This document shows, piece by piece, positions 42,201 through 54,239 of a stretch of 64,000 nt of DNA (position 1 is its first letter; the number at the start of each line of letters is the position of its first letter). The stretch comes from an uncultured Verrucomicrobiae bacterium (GTDB taxonomy: Bacteria > Verrucomicrobiota > Verrucomicrobiia > Chthoniobacterales > Chthoniobacteraceae): the NCBI GenBank assembly GCA_963828525.1, contig CAWHEP010000014.1, forward strand, positions 224,001 to 288,000, written 5' to 3'. Made by a program: the position numbers and the translations under genes. Under the pieces are notes generated by a model. That model was not told where the DNA came from and searched no databases. It saw nothing but the letters and a program-made list of their open reading frames with translations.

Positions 42201-44614
42201 GGGAGATACGTTGGTATTCAGTCCCTTCTGAGCCTCGAAAGTGAGCGCGAACGAACTGGAAGAGGGAACGCCCAGAACAGCCTGCACCGTCTGCAATACG
42301 GTGGAATCGCCAAATACGGCATTGATCGCGGAAGCGGAATTTCTCTGCTGCGGGCCCGCCACCGTGTTCCCGAGCATCCTGCCGTCCAGCGCCGTGGACG
42401 GCGCGGTGATGGCAATGGAGCCGCCAGCGCCTCCCTGGGTGTAGCCTTGTTCGAAGTGCGCGCCATCAAGAGTAAGCGCTCCCGTGAACGTGTTCGAGAT
42501 TCCCCAGCGCTCATGCGTGGTGGTGAATTGCCCGGTGTAGATGCCGTCGTAAACCAGATCAGGGCTTGCCTGCGAGATGTCGTAGAGGATGCCGCCGGAC
42601 TGAACCCTCGTTGTCTGAACGATTCCTCCCTGGAAGTCTATTGATCCTCCAGACACATTCACGATCGATCCCGGCTGCGCGACGACCGAACCGCCCGCCG
42701 TGAGAGAAACCGATCCGCCGTTCGTGGTGAGTTCGCCAACCGAGCGTTGAATCAGATTCACAAACCCAGCGGTGTCCGCGAGAGGAGTTCCCACCCACGC
42801 CTGTCCCTTCGAGAGACCCGTCTGGCGGATATCGATTTGTACCGTCTTGCCCCGAAGCAGCCCGTTCCGCTGCAAAGGCGAATTCTCCAATTGCGGCCCA
42901 CGCAATTGCACCGGGACGATGTTTTCGTCTACAGAAGCCGCCACCCCGGCCGATCCTGCCACGTTGATCTCCGCGTTCCCATCCAGATAGATTTGTCCGG
43001 TGGAATTCTGGAAAAAATATTGTCCGCTCGAAAGCAGGTAGGCTCCGGCGTTCAAGGTGACGCCGGACACGAGCGATTCACTAGTTTCGCTTCTTGGGGC
43101 GTTCGAGCCAATACCCGACGGGATCGCGGCCCCCGGCGCGAGCAGCGTCGCTCCCGCTGCCATGTGGATGTCTCTGCCCTCGATGTCAACGAGAGACGGC
43201 AGCGCGAGTTGAGTTCCCACGACCTTTGCCGTGCTGGCCAGATCCGGCAGAATTTGGCTTACGCTGTTTGGACCCAGAGTCACAACACCGGTTTGCGATG
43301 GTTCAAGAGCGAAGATGTTGCCCGGAACCTTTAGGCGCTGTGTGCCATAATCGGCGATAAGGTCGATACGCCCATTGGAAGCCACGGAAGTGGCGCTGTT
43401 CACCCCGCCCAATTGATTCACCGTCTTCCCCGCGATCGTCACGTCCCCTTCCGGAATTTCGATCAGGCCGGAACTGGTCGCCACGCCATCCGTCTTGCCA
43501 ACGGTTCCGATTTGCACATCCAGGCCGCGCAAAGTCGGATCCTTCTCGGCGTGGGCCGAAAAACCCACCTGCTCTCCGGCAGCCAAAATCGTCTGCCCAT
43601 CGGGAGTCGAGATCGTCCCGGCGTTCGTCACATTTGGCCCGATTAGGGCAACCCTGCCGCCCACGTGATCCGCGCTGGTCGGGCTGGATAGGCGCGCCCC
43701 GCGAGCGCCACCACGTTTCCATCCCGCCCGCCCGGCGTGTTCGGCGCTGCTGGCGGGGTGAAAGCGGGGGTCGTGCCATTCGGGAGCAGCGGGATCGTGA
43801 TGGAAGAAAAGAGGAACTGGAGATCCGGGTTATTCAGCAATCCACGGCTCACCAGGTTGTCGTTAATCGGCAGCGAAGAGGCCACCAGCGCGTGCGTATT
43901 TACCTGGCTCGCTCCTCCAAAGATGATCCCATTCTGGTTGATCACATAAACCTGGCCCGGAGCCTCGATGGATCCCAGTATCTGTGATGGCGAGCCGGAC
44001 GGATCCGTAATCTTATTGAAGACAATCCATTGCCCAACGTTTTTGCCGCCCGCGCTCTGGTCGAAATCCAGGGTCGTTTTGCTGCCGACATTGAAAGTCT
44101 TCCACGAGAGGAGCGCCTGTTGCGCAGTTTGCTTAATATCGACCGTCGTCGCCCCACCTATGGTGGACTGGGTCGGCTTGTTTGCTCCCTGCCACTGCGA
44201 CGCGCTGAAACCAGACGGTTGCAGCCCGCCGATCGCAATGCCGTTTGGCACCGCGGGGAGGCGCTGTCCGGGTTTGTTTGGGTTTGGCCCGAGGTTTGAT
44301 TGACCTTGCGCGGCAGCGCGCGCCGCCGCCTGCATGGCCTGCATCGCTGCAAGCGCGTTTGTGGTGCGCGCGAGTGTGTCCAGCGCGTTCGCCCTCTCTT
44401 GGTTGGTAGCCGGGGGAGTTGTGCCGATGGATCCCGCTGTATGGCGGGGGGACGAACTCCCGCCCGCGCCTCCGCGCAGGAGGTCCCCTGCGCTACTCGG
44501 CTGCGCCGCGAGCCCAATCGCCGCGCCCAGCGCGATCACCCCTTGCCGCCACCAGCGGGCGCGCGCCTTCGGATGCCAAAACTTGGAGGGCGGCTGGCTG
44601 GGATGCGCTTTCAT
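33223..44614 (-). CDS. Giant filamentous-haemagglutinin-family TpsA exoprotein (~3,800 aa) with DUF3739-type C-terminus; frameshifts near 43700, 37260 and 35660
   Basis: Signal peptide; TPS domain (QQALLSWKTFNVG...GQVYVINQNGIIFG); G/S/T-rich beta-helical repeats; C-terminal RIFTLRGG...GDVDLIAPTGTVDAGDAGIR...PSIITVEVLGYGG. Confidence 0.88.
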
Positions 44615-44735
44615 CGTTAGATCGTTTTTGGGGCGATTTGAACCTTGTCGGCATGGGGCGGGCGAGGATAGTCCGCCCGCCTTGAAAGCGCAAATGGAAG
44701 AGGCGCTTTTAGGCCCCTTTTTTAATTCCCGGCGA

Positions 44736-46107
44736 CTAAATGATCTCGCCTACGAGATCGTAGACCTGCGTGCCAGTGATCCGGACCTGGGCAAACTCTC
44801 CCACCGTTCCCGGCGTTGTGAGAATGACCTGCCCATCCACCTCGGGCGCGTCGAACTCGCTCCGGGCGACGAAAGGCTGTTCCACGAGCGCCTTTATCTC
44901 CCTGCCGAGCATGGCCCGGCAAGTCTCTCCCGCGATCCGTTGCTGGAGCTCCATGGCCCGCCGGTAACGGGAGGTTTTTACCCTGGCTGAAATCTGGCCC
45001 GGCATCTTTGCGGCGCGCGACCCCTGCTCTCGCGAGTAAGTGAAAACACCCAGCCGCTCAAACCGCATGCGTTCGATGAACTCCAGCAGCGATTCGAAAT
45101 GCTCGTCCGTTTCTCCAGGGAAACCCACGATGAAGGTCGTCCGCAACGCCACACCCGGAATGAGCGTTCGCAGGCCGGCGATTACCTCTTCAATATGCTC
45201 GCGCGACGTCTCCCTCCGCATTAAATCCAGCATCTCAGGATGGATGTGCTGCAGCGGCATATCGATGTAACGCGCGATCTTCCTGCTTCTGCCGATAACC
45301 TCCATCAGTTCCGCGCTCCAGTGCGCGGGATGCGTGTAAAGCAGCCGTACCCAGAAGTCTCCCTCGATTTGCTCGATCTCCTCCAGCAGACGCGTGAGCG
45401 TGGGGCCGCGCGAGGAATCGACCGGTTGCGTCGGGTTCGCCCGCAAATCCCACAGATCCATCCCAAAGTAGGTCGTATCCTGGCTGATGAGGTTGATTTC
45501 TTTTACTCCCTCCGCCACGAGGTTGCGAATCTCAGCCACCACGGAGGAGATTGCGCGGCTCCGATGCCGTCCGCGCATCTGCGGGATGACGCAGAAGCTG
45601 CAGGGATGGTTGCACCCCTCCGCGATCTTCACGTAACTCGTGTGCGCAGGAGTCAGCCGAAACCTCGGCGTATCGTAGTCTGGAATGAATTTGGAGCGGC
45701 CTGTGACAAAGTTAAGGGGCACAGGGCTTTCAGCGGCTGGTGGCTGGGCCAGCACGTTTTCAATGATCTCTCCCATCGACGCGATCTGATCCAGACCGAT
45801 GAAGGCGCTCACTTCCGGCAGATCGTTCACGAGTTCCTTCGAGAACCGCTGCGCCATGCAGCCGGCTGACAATCAGCTTCTGCCCCGGCTTCCTTCCGAG
45901 GCCGCGCTCCCGGTGCGCGTCGAGGATGGCCTCTACCGATTCTTCCTTTGCGGAATCGATGAAGGCGCACGTGTTCACGATCAGGACATCCGCTTCCTCA
46001 GATTCGGATGTGACCTCCATCCCGTGCCGGACCGCCCCGCCGAGCATGATCTCGGCGTCCACGAGGTTCTTCGCGCAGCCAAGGCTTATCATTCCTACTT
46101 TCGGCAT
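44736..46107 (-). CDS. rimO: Ribosomal protein S12 methylthiotransferase (frameshift near 45870)
   Basis: [29 protein letters not shown] radical-SAM motif, APEVDG TRAM domain. Confidence 0.95.
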
Positions 46108-46119
46108 CGGATTCCTCGT

Positions 46120-47082
46120 TTACTGAATCGCCACCGAGGTTTCATAGGGAACGGGTATCCCGTTCTTCTCAATGAGAACCGCGCCCGTGTCACGGACGGT
46201 GATCCAGAACTTCCCGCCTCTGAAGGTCAATCCCTGGGTGTTGGGGTAGAGCCAATCCTCATAAATGGGCGGCGAGCTTTCGGCATCCTTCCACACGGTA
46301 ACCCATGTTTTCTTGATGGGTTTCAGCACCACTTCGTTTGAGGGGGCCACGCTCGCCGCTGCCTCGGGACTTGGCGACGCCACGACTGGAGCCAATGGAA
46401 GCACTGGCTCCGCCCGGCGTACCTGGATCTCTGCTGGAGGAGGCGGAATCACAGGGCGGGCTGGGGCAGGGGTGGTCATCGGCGAGGCAGCGGGCGACGG
46501 CGGCGGACGTTGCGGCAGCATCACAGCCTGCGCCGCGACGCCAGGATTTATGGCCGATACGATCTTGTCATCCGCGATTTCCGCTGGAGCCGGTGCTACG
46601 GGAGGCGATCGCTGTATTACGAGCGGCGTCTGCTCCGGGAGAGCCTTCTTCGCCTCTGCGGGGGAGATAAGCTCAAGACGTTGCAGGCTCACCACGAGAT
46701 ACATCACTCCCACTCCTACCACCACGAGGAAAGCGATCACCCCGCCTATGATCAGAACCGGCTTTGTCTCGGGCCGCGGTTCACGCCGGTAAACAGCCGG
46801 GCGCGCTCCCGGCGTGTTGTTGAGATACTGGTAATCGTCCAGACCCACGGGCGCGGCATGTCCGAAACCGGCGGCATAGTCCGCGACATCCACGCCCAGA
46901 TACTTCGCGTAGATCATGAGAAATCCCTTCGCGTATGTCATGTTCGGGAAGTTCGCGTAGGTATCGTTCTCGAGATCGGTGATGCGCTCCGCTCGCACCT
47001 TCGTCGCGCGGGCGGCGTCTTCGATCGAAATCTGCTTTTTCAATCGCGCCTGCTGAAGTCTTTTCCCGACTGTTTCTACCAT
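46120..47082 (-). CDS. rodZ: RodZ-like cytoskeleton protein (HTH - TM - C-terminal domain)
   Basis: VGKRLQQAR...YAKGFL..YAKYLG, TM, Pro-rich linker; located between ftsK and rimO. Confidence 0.8.
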   Translation of the reverse strand: MVETVGKRLQQARLKKQISIEDAARATKVRAERITDLENDTYANFPNMTYAKGFLMIYAKYLGVDVADYAAGFGHAAPVGLDDYQYLNNTPGARPAVYRREPRPETKPVLIIGGVIAFLVVVGVGVMYLVVSLQRLELISPAEAKKALPEQTPLVIQRSPPVAPAPAEIADDKIVSAINPGVAAQAVMLPQRPPPSPAASPMTTPAPARPVIPPPPAEIQVRRAEPVLPLAPVVASPSPEAAASVAPSNEVVLKPIKKTWVTVWKDAESSPPIYEDWLYPNTQGLTFRGGKFWITVRDTGAVLIEKNGIPVPYETSVAIQ

Positions 47083-47095
47083 TTTGCCTTTGCGC

Positions 47096-49480
47096 TCAAT
47101 ACGCGATGGCGTCGAGATCTTTCAGGATTTCGCGGGGCTTGGCCCCTTCGCCGGCTGCTACGTATCCGCGCTGTTCCAGTATGTCAACCACGCGCGCCGC
47201 GCGCGTGTAGCCGAGGCGCAGCCGCCGCTGGAAGAGCGAAGTGGACGCCTTTTTCTCCTGTCGCATGATCTCGATGCATTTCTGCACCAGCTCCTCATCC
47301 TCCTCCGTCACCTCCTCGTCGATCTCTCCCTTGGACTCGAGCCTGTCGTGAATCTCGGATTCATACACCGGGGCGCCCTGCGCGGAGACGAAATCCACCA
47401 GCCTTCGGATTTCCTCATCCGTCACAAGCACTCCCTGGGTTCGGATCACCCGTGACGTGCCAGGTGGAACGTAGAGCATGTCCCCCTGGCCAAGTAGGCG
47501 CTCGGCGCCATTTTCGTCCAAAATCACCCGGCTGTCGATCTTGGTCGCCACCTGGAATGCGATTCGGCTTGGGATGTTGGCCTTTATCACTCCCGTGACA
47601 ATGTCCGCCCGTGGCGTCTGCGTCGCCACGATCATGTGGATCCCCGCCGCGCGCGCCATCTGCGTGATCCGCGCGATTGCGCTCTCGACGTCTGCTGGAG
47701 CTGTCTGCATCAAATCGGCGAGCTCGTCGATGATCACGACGATATAGTGCATGCGTTCCGGGATGATGATGTTGTCCTCATCTCTCGGAACCTGGATCCG
47801 AATCGGCTCCTCATCCTCCTCTTCCTCGCCCATCCCTTCGGGTCGCGGTGGGAGCAGCTCTTTTTCAGCGTCCAGCTCCTTCTGGGATTTGAGTTTCGGC
47901 CTTGCGTTGAAGCCCGAGATATTCCTTACCGAGGTCTTCGCGAAGATCTTGTACCGCTTCTCCATTTCGTCGATGATGTACCGCAGTGCCAGCAACACCT
48001 TTTTGGGGTCCGTTACGACGGGGACGATGAGATGCGGAAGCTTGTTGTACATCTGCATCTCGACCACCTTCGGATCGATCATGATCAGGCGGAGTTCGTC
48101 CGGCGTAAACCGGTAGAGCATGCTCGCCACCAGCGCGTTGATGCAGACGCTCTTCCCACTACCCGTGGTGCCTGCCACGAGGCAGTGCGGCATCTGCGCA
48201 AGGTCTGCGAGGATGCTCTTGCCATAGACATCTTTTCCGAGCGCCAGCGGAATCTTGGCGGTTGTCTGCTCCCACTCTTCGGATTCCAGCAGCTCCCGCA
48301 ATGTCACTTTCTGCTTCCGCGAGTTCGCGATTTCGATGCCTACCGTGTCTTTCCCCGGGATGGGAGCAAGGATGTTGATCCTCTCCGCTCTTGTCGCGCG
48401 AGCGATATCCCTCTCCAAACTCACGATTTTATCCACCCGAACACCCTTCGCGGGATACACTTCGTAGCGGGTGATCGTTGGACCCTTGGTGATGTCACCG
48501 GGGGAAACGACGATCCCAAACTGCGCGAGCGTTTCGATGACTGTTGCCTGTATCTGCTTTAACTCCGCTGGCTTTAATACATCTCGGTCATCTTCCCGGA
48601 CCTCGTCGAGCAGGTCGAAGCCGGGCAGCACATAGTTCTCCAGACTCAGCGGCTCCGATGGAACCAGTTTTTTCTCAACAACCTTCTTGGGGAGGGCGGC
48701 GTAATCGATCACCTTCGGCGCGGGCCTCAATGGCAATTCATCTGGGGAAGTCTCTTCCGGCGGTTTCGCGGGCACTCCCTTGCGGGTGAGCACCTTTTCC
48801 AGTTTCTTCGCCTCGCGGGCGAGCCGCTTCTCTTCCAGTATCAGGCGTTCCCGCTCATCCGCTCCGGCTATCCTGTTTTTGCGATAAGCGTCCAGCAGCC
48901 TGCCGGGCATGCCCGTTGCGGAGCGCAAGGCATGAATCGGCTGAATGCCTGTCATCAGGATCACTGTCGTGACATAAAAACAGCTCAGGAGGATGCCCGC
49001 GCCCACCATGCCCAGCGAATTCCGCAGCAGCCGTTCTCCCACCCAGTAACCGAGCCACCCGCCTGCCCCCGCGCTGTGGCTGGCAATATTCATCGCGTGG
49101 GGCCAATCGCCGAGAAACCAGGGCTGGAGATGCAGGATGCACGCTCCGCAGACGACGAACGCCACAATCCATAAGGAGCGTGGTGTCAATCGGAACGTGG
49201 TCGAAAGCAACTTAACCCCTCCAAATCCCAACATTGCCGCCGCGACCAGATAGGAAGCCGCTCCCATTATAAAATAGGAACACGCCGCCACAATCGCGCC
49301 AGTCGGCCCAATGAAGTTCTGCGCCGGGTGATTCGGTCGTGAGGTCGCGCTCAGGGGAAACCAGCCGGGCAGATCACGCGGCGTATAGGAGATCAGCGCC
49401 AGGAAAAAGAGCGTTCCCACTCCCAGCATGATCAATCCTATGACTTCGTTCAGTGTGCGGTTCTCCGGAGCGCGGGACAT
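47096..49480 (-). CDS. ftsK: DNA translocase FtsK
   Basis: N-terminal TMs, AGTTGSGKS, IIDELADLM, gamma domain QRRLRLGYTRAAR. Confidence 0.97.
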   Translation of the reverse strand: MSRAPENRTLNEVIGLIMLGVGTLFFLALISYTPRDLPGWFPLSATSRPNHPAQNFIGPTGAIVAACSYFIMGAASYLVAAAMLGFGGVKLLSTTFRLTPRSLWIVAFVVCGACILHLQPWFLGDWPHAMNIASHSAGAGGWLGYWVGERLLRNSLGMVGAGILLSCFYVTTVILMTGIQPIHALRSATGMPGRLLDAYRKNRIAGADERERLILEEKRLAREAKKLEKVLTRKGVPAKPPEETSPDELPLRPAPKVIDYAALPKKVVEKKLVPSEPLSLENYVLPGFDLLDEVREDDRDVLKPAELKQIQATVIETLAQFGIVVSPGDITKGPTITRYEVYPAKGVRVDKIVSLERDIARATRAERINILAPIPGKDTVGIEIANSRKQKVTLRELLESEEWEQTTAKIPLALGKDVYGKSILADLAQMPHCLVAGTTGSGKSVCINALVASMLYRFTPDELRLIMIDPKVVEMQMYNKLPHLIVPVVTDPKKVLLALRYIIDEMEKRYKIFAKTSVRNISGFNARPKLKSQKELDAEKELLPPRPEGMGEEEEDEEPIRIQVPRDEDNIIIPERMHYIVVIIDELADLMQTAPADVESAIARITQMARAAGIHMIVATQTPRADIVTGVIKANIPSRIAFQVATKIDSRVILDENGAERLLGQGDMLYVPPGTSRVIRTQGVLVTDEEIRRLVDFVSAQGAPVYESEIHDRLESKGEIDEEVTEEDEELVQKCIEIMRQEKKASTSLFQRRLRLGYTRAARVVDILEQRGYVAAGEGAKPREILKDLDAIAY

Positions 49481-49640
49481 TCAGCCCATACTATGCAAGC
49501 GCCATGCCTAACACAAGGACGACACGCCGTTCTCGCGGTGGCGGATGAGCATCGATATGGAGTCACACCGCCCTCCCCGCGTCGAAAAATCCGTTCTATT
49601 CGGACTTTGCATCCGCTCCCCGCGGTTCTATCCTCGTCGG

Positions 49641-50678
49641 ATGAATCTGGCAAAGGTCGCCGTGGTGGGAGCCACTGGCTACTCTGGAGAAGAGCTTGTT
49701 CGTCTGCTTTCCCGGCACCCCGGCGTGGAAGTGGCGAGCGTGACCTCGCGCCAGCATGCCGGGAAGGCGCTCCAGGAGATTTATCCCCGGTTCAGAGGGC
49801 AGCCGGTCGGGGAACTCCAGTTCACCCCTTCGGAACCCGCCAACATCGTCGAAAGCGGAGCAAAGATTGCTTTCCTTGCCCTGCCGCACGGGGTCGCGGC
49901 GGGCATCGCGGTCCCCCTCCTGGATCTCGGCGCGCGTGTGATCGACCTAAGCGCTGATTTTCGGCTGAAAGACGAGGCGGTTTACCAGGAATATTACGGC
50001 GCCCCCCATCTCGCGCCGGGTCTTCTCGCGCGCGGTGTATACGGCCTGCCGGAGATCCATCGCGCGGCCATCACTCAGGCGTCTCTTGTGGCGTCGCCCG
50101 GGTGTTACCCGACAAGCATTATTCTCCCTCTAGCGCCACTTCTCAGGGAGGGATTGATCGAGCCAGACAGCATCGCCATCGTGAGCCTGAGCGGCGTCAG
50201 CGGTGGAGGTCGCAAGGCCGAGATCGAATATTCGTTTGTGGAATGCAACGAAAGCGCCCGGCCTTACGGCGTCCCCAAGCACCGGCATCTCGCCGAGATC
50301 GAGCAGGAACTGACGCTCCTGGCAGGGAAGAACACGCGGATAAACTTCACCCCCGTGCTCGTTCCTCTGAATCGCGGGATTCTTTCAACAATCTACTGCC
50401 GCCCCTCTGTTGGCGTAACTCCTGCTCGCATTTCGGAGGCGATGGCTGGGGCCTACAAATCCGAACGATTTGTCAGGCTGCTTCCCGAACCACTCTTTCC
50501 CGACCTCAAGAATGTCACTTACACCAATTTTATCGATATCGCCTGGAGGCATGATCCTCGCACAGGGCGCGTCATACTCATGAGCGCCCTGGATAATTTG
50601 GTGAAGGGCGCGTCCGGCCAGGCTTTGCAGTCGCTGAACCTGATGCTCGGTTGCCCCGAAGAGACCGCTCTCCTGTAG
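49641..50678 (+). CDS. argC: N-acetyl-gamma-glutamyl-phosphate reductase
   Basis: GATGYSG, LALPHG, DLSADFRL, PGCYPT, DNLVKGASGQA. Confidence 0.97.
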   Translation: MNLAKVAVVGATGYSGEELVRLLSRHPGVEVASVTSRQHAGKALQEIYPRFRGQPVGELQFTPSEPANIVESGAKIAFLALPHGVAAGIAVPLLDLGARVIDLSADFRLKDEAVYQEYYGAPHLAPGLLARGVYGLPEIHRAAITQASLVASPGCYPTSIILPLAPLLREGLIEPDSIAIVSLSGVSGGGRKAEIEYSFVECNESARPYGVPKHRHLAEIEQELTLLAGKNTRINFTPVLVPLNRGILSTIYCRPSVGVTPARISEAMAGAYKSERFVRLLPEPLFPDLKNVTYTNFIDIAWRHDPRTGRVILMSALDNLVKGASGQALQSLNLMLGCPEETALL

Positions 50679-50704
50679 GGCGCGCGCGAGTCTCACAGCA
50701 TTTT

Positions 50705-51922
50705 ATGACTGCTCCATTTGTTCAGATCGGCGGAGGCATCGCGGCCCCAGAGGGGTTCCAGGCCGGAAGCATTTATTGCGGGATCAAGGAAGGCAATGAG
50801 AGCAAAGCCGACCTCGCGCTCATACATTCCTCCTGCCCCGCTGTGGCGGCGGCAACCTTTACGACGAACCGGGTAAAAGCCGCTCCCGTCCGGGTCTCGG
50901 CCGCCCACCTCCGGAGCAAGGACATTCGCGCCATTGTGGCGAACAGCGGCAACGCGAATGCTTGCACAGGCCTGGTCGGCATCGAACACGCAAAAAGAAT
51001 GACCAAGGCGGCAGCCGAATCTCTTCGGGCTTAAGCAGAACCAGGTGATGGTCTGTTCCACTGGACGCATCGGCATTGAACTGCCCATCGCAAAGATGGA
51101 GGCCAGCATCAAAGATATGTCGAAAAATCTCAGCAAGGAGGGGAGTCTGGACACCGCCCGCGCGATCATGACCAGCGATACCTTCCCGAAGGAAATCGCC
51201 GTCGAATTTGAGGTCGAAGGTGAGCGCGTCCGCTTGGGCGGGATCGCCAAGGGCGCGGGTATGATCGATCCGAACATGGCCACCATGCTCTGCTTCCTCA
51301 CGACGGACGCGGCAATCGGCAAAAAAGACCTCTCCAAGGCTCTCTCAGTGGCTGTCGAGCAATCGTTCAATCGCATCACCATTGATGGAGATATGAGCAC
51401 GAACGACACGGTGATCCTCATTGCGAACGGAAACGCCCAAAAGAAACAGATGTCCTGCCGAACCCAGCTGGTTTCGAATTGTTCCAACGCGCGCTGAACT
51501 ATGTCACCTGCGATCTCTCCCGCATGATTGTGGAGGACGGTGAGGGCATCACGAGGATGGTCGATATCCATGTTCGTGGCGCAAACGACGTTTCAGGACG
51601 CCCGCAAAGCTTCTCGCGCGATTGCCCGATCCTGCCTCGTAAAGTGCGCGTGGTTCGGCGGAGATCCCAATTGGGGCCGCATCCTCGACGCCCTCGGTTA
51701 CTCGGAGCCCGCATCCGTGAAGAGATGGTGGATATTTACTACGACGGGGTTATAGCGGTGAAAAATGGAATTGCCAGCAAGACGCCCGTTTCGAAACTTC
51801 GCGAGGTGGTTGCGAAGGAAAAATTTACGATTACGATTGATCTCCAACTTGGGTCGGCGGAATACACGATTTACACGACAGACCTGAGCACGAAATACGT
51901 CGAACTGAATATGGGGGAATGA
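50705..51922 (+). CDS. argJ: Bifunctional ornithine acetyltransferase (frameshifted)
   Basis: NSGNANACTG, STGRIG, KGAGMIDPNMATML, DMSTND, DPNWGRI. Confidence 0.95.
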
Positions 51923-51926
51923 ACTG

Positions 51927-52805
51927 ATGTCGTTCGAAACAACTTTTGCTCGTGCCGAGGCATTGATCGAGGCGCTTCCATTCATTCAAAATTCCGCGGC
52001 AAGCTCGTCGTAATCAAATATGGCGGGAGCGCCATGGATGATGATCACGTGGTGGATCGGATGCTGCGCGACGTAGTATTTCTTGAGGCCGTTGGCATTA
52101 ATCCCGTCGTCGTGCATGGCGGTGGCAAGGCGATCACCGTCAAGATGCGCGAGGCGGGCTTGAAACCGAAATTCGTGAACGGCCTTGCGCGTCACCGACG
52201 AGCAATCGATCGGCATCGTCGAGGATGTGCTTGATAACGCGATCAACCCGAAAATTGTGAAGTCGCTCAAGGAATTCGGCGGCAAGGCGATTGGCATCTC
52301 CGGCAAGCGCATCTTCAAGGCGCACAGGTTGCCCCCTCAGACCGAGGGGAAGAACACCGGCATCGATCTCGGTTTCGTCGGCGAGGTGGTGGATGTCGAT
52401 CTTACGGAGATTCAACGCGCCATCTCCGAAGAGAGTGTCCCGGTCATCTCTCCGATCGCCCAAGGCGAGAACGGGGTTGCCTTGAATGTAAATGCGGATC
52501 TGGCTTCCGGAGCGATCGCCAGCGGACTTAAGGCTTCAAAACTCATCTTCCTCAGCGACGTGCTTGGAATCATGCGCGACCCGCGTGAAAAGGACTCCCT
52601 TATCCCTTCTGTTAATCGCGAGATGATTGAAAAGCTTCTGGAAGACGAAGTGATCGAAGGGGGGATGATCCCTAAAGTCCAGGCCGCCATGCTCGCGTTG
52701 AGCAACGGAGTCGGTAAAGTGCATCTGATCGATGGACGGATTCCGCACTCCATTCTTCTTGAGATATTCACGAACTCCGGCGTGGGCACGGAAGTCGTGC
52801 CTTAA
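51927..52805 (+). CDS. argB: Acetylglutamate kinase (frameshifted)
   Basis: VIKYGG, VHGGG, RVTD, NVNAD, GGMIPKV. Confidence 0.95.
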
Positions 52806-52883
52806 GCAGCGGGTCGCAACGTTCGTCGGCGTTTCACCTCTTCTCTTTGTTTCTTTTTTGTCGTGGCTCCTAATTTCGCATGA

Positions 52884-54239
52884 GTGATATTTCACCACCG
52901 CCAATCCGAAACTGCGGATCAGGATGCAACGACGCGGGAGCTTTTCCGCGACTTCGTCGTTCCAACCTACGGCCGCTTCGACCTTTGCATCTCCAGCGGT
53001 GCTGGTTGCCGGGTAGCAGACGACTGCGGCAGATCTTATCTGGATTTTGGCGCGGGGATCGCCGTCTGCTCGATCGGCCATTCCCACCCGAAAGTCACGG
53101 AAGTGTTGACCCGCCAGTCTCAGACGCTGGGGCATACGTCAAACCTGTATTATTCGGAATTGCAGGGACTGCTTGCGAGGAAGCTCGTTCAGCTATGTGG
53201 GGACATCCAGGGAAGATATTCTTCTGTAATAGCGGGGCCGAGGCCAACGAGGCGCTGTATAAGCTGGCCCGCAAGTTTGGCAACGAGGCGACTCCTCCCG
53301 CGCCGCGCCACACGTTGGCGAATGGGTGGAATCTTACCAAAGCCGCGGCGAGATCATAACGTTCGACGGTTCTTTCCACGGTCGCACCCTTGCCGGGATA
53401 TCCGGCGACCGGTCAGCGAAAGGTGAAGGCGGGGTTTGAGCCCATGGTCAATGGGCTTCGTGCAGGTGCCTTTCGACGATGCTCCCGCGCTCCTCTCGGC
53501 CATTACCCCGCAGACCGTTGCCGTTTTATTGGAACCCATCCAGGGTGAACGCGGCATCTGGCCATGCGCTCCCCATTTTCTCAAGGCTGTGCGCGGCATC
53601 TGCGACGACCACGGCCTTCTGCTGCTGCTCGATGAGATCCAATGTGGGCTCGGGAGGACAGGGGATTGGTGCGGTTGGAAGACGCTCGTCGGCGATTCTG
53701 TTGTTCCGGACGCGGTGAGTTGGGCCAAGGGCATCGCCGGCGGTTATCCCATGGGGGCCGTTTGGATTGGGGATCGTCCCGTTTCCTTGAAGGCCGGTGG
53801 AGAAGTGGTGCTCTGCGATTTGCTCGGCCCCGGCTCGCACGGCACGACGTTTGGCGGCGCGCCTCTCGCGTGCGCGGTGCGCTTGCGGTGCTGGAAGTCG
53901 TGGAGCAAGAGAACTTGCTCGAAAATGCGCGAACACTGGGCGCGTACGCTCTGGAGGAGCTTCGCAATTTGGACTCCCCGGCAAATTTCTGCTGTCAGGG
54001 GCGTTGGTCTCATGCTCGGCATTGACTTGTCGGAGGATGTCCAGCTCGGCGATGCGAACAGGGCGGCGAGCCTCGCTTTCGTGGATCTGCTCCACTCCAG
54101 GGGTTTGCTCAGCGTGCCATCCGGCACTCACAGTATCCGCTGGCTTCCCCCTCTGAACGTCACAAAGTCGGAGGTCGATGAGGCGATTGACATTCTGCGC
54201 GCCGCGCTCCGTGACGTGCCCATGGGACCTGCAAAGTGA
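52884..54239 (+). CDS. argD: Acetylornithine aminotransferase (frameshifted)
   Basis: NSGAEANE, FHGRT, EPIQGE, DEIQCGLGRTG, AKGIAGG. Confidence 0.92.

Noticed and set aside
32789..43334. Numerous long plus-strand ORFs opposite the TpsA gene
   Set aside because: They are antisense shadows expected in GC-rich coding DNA and carry no recognisable motifs.
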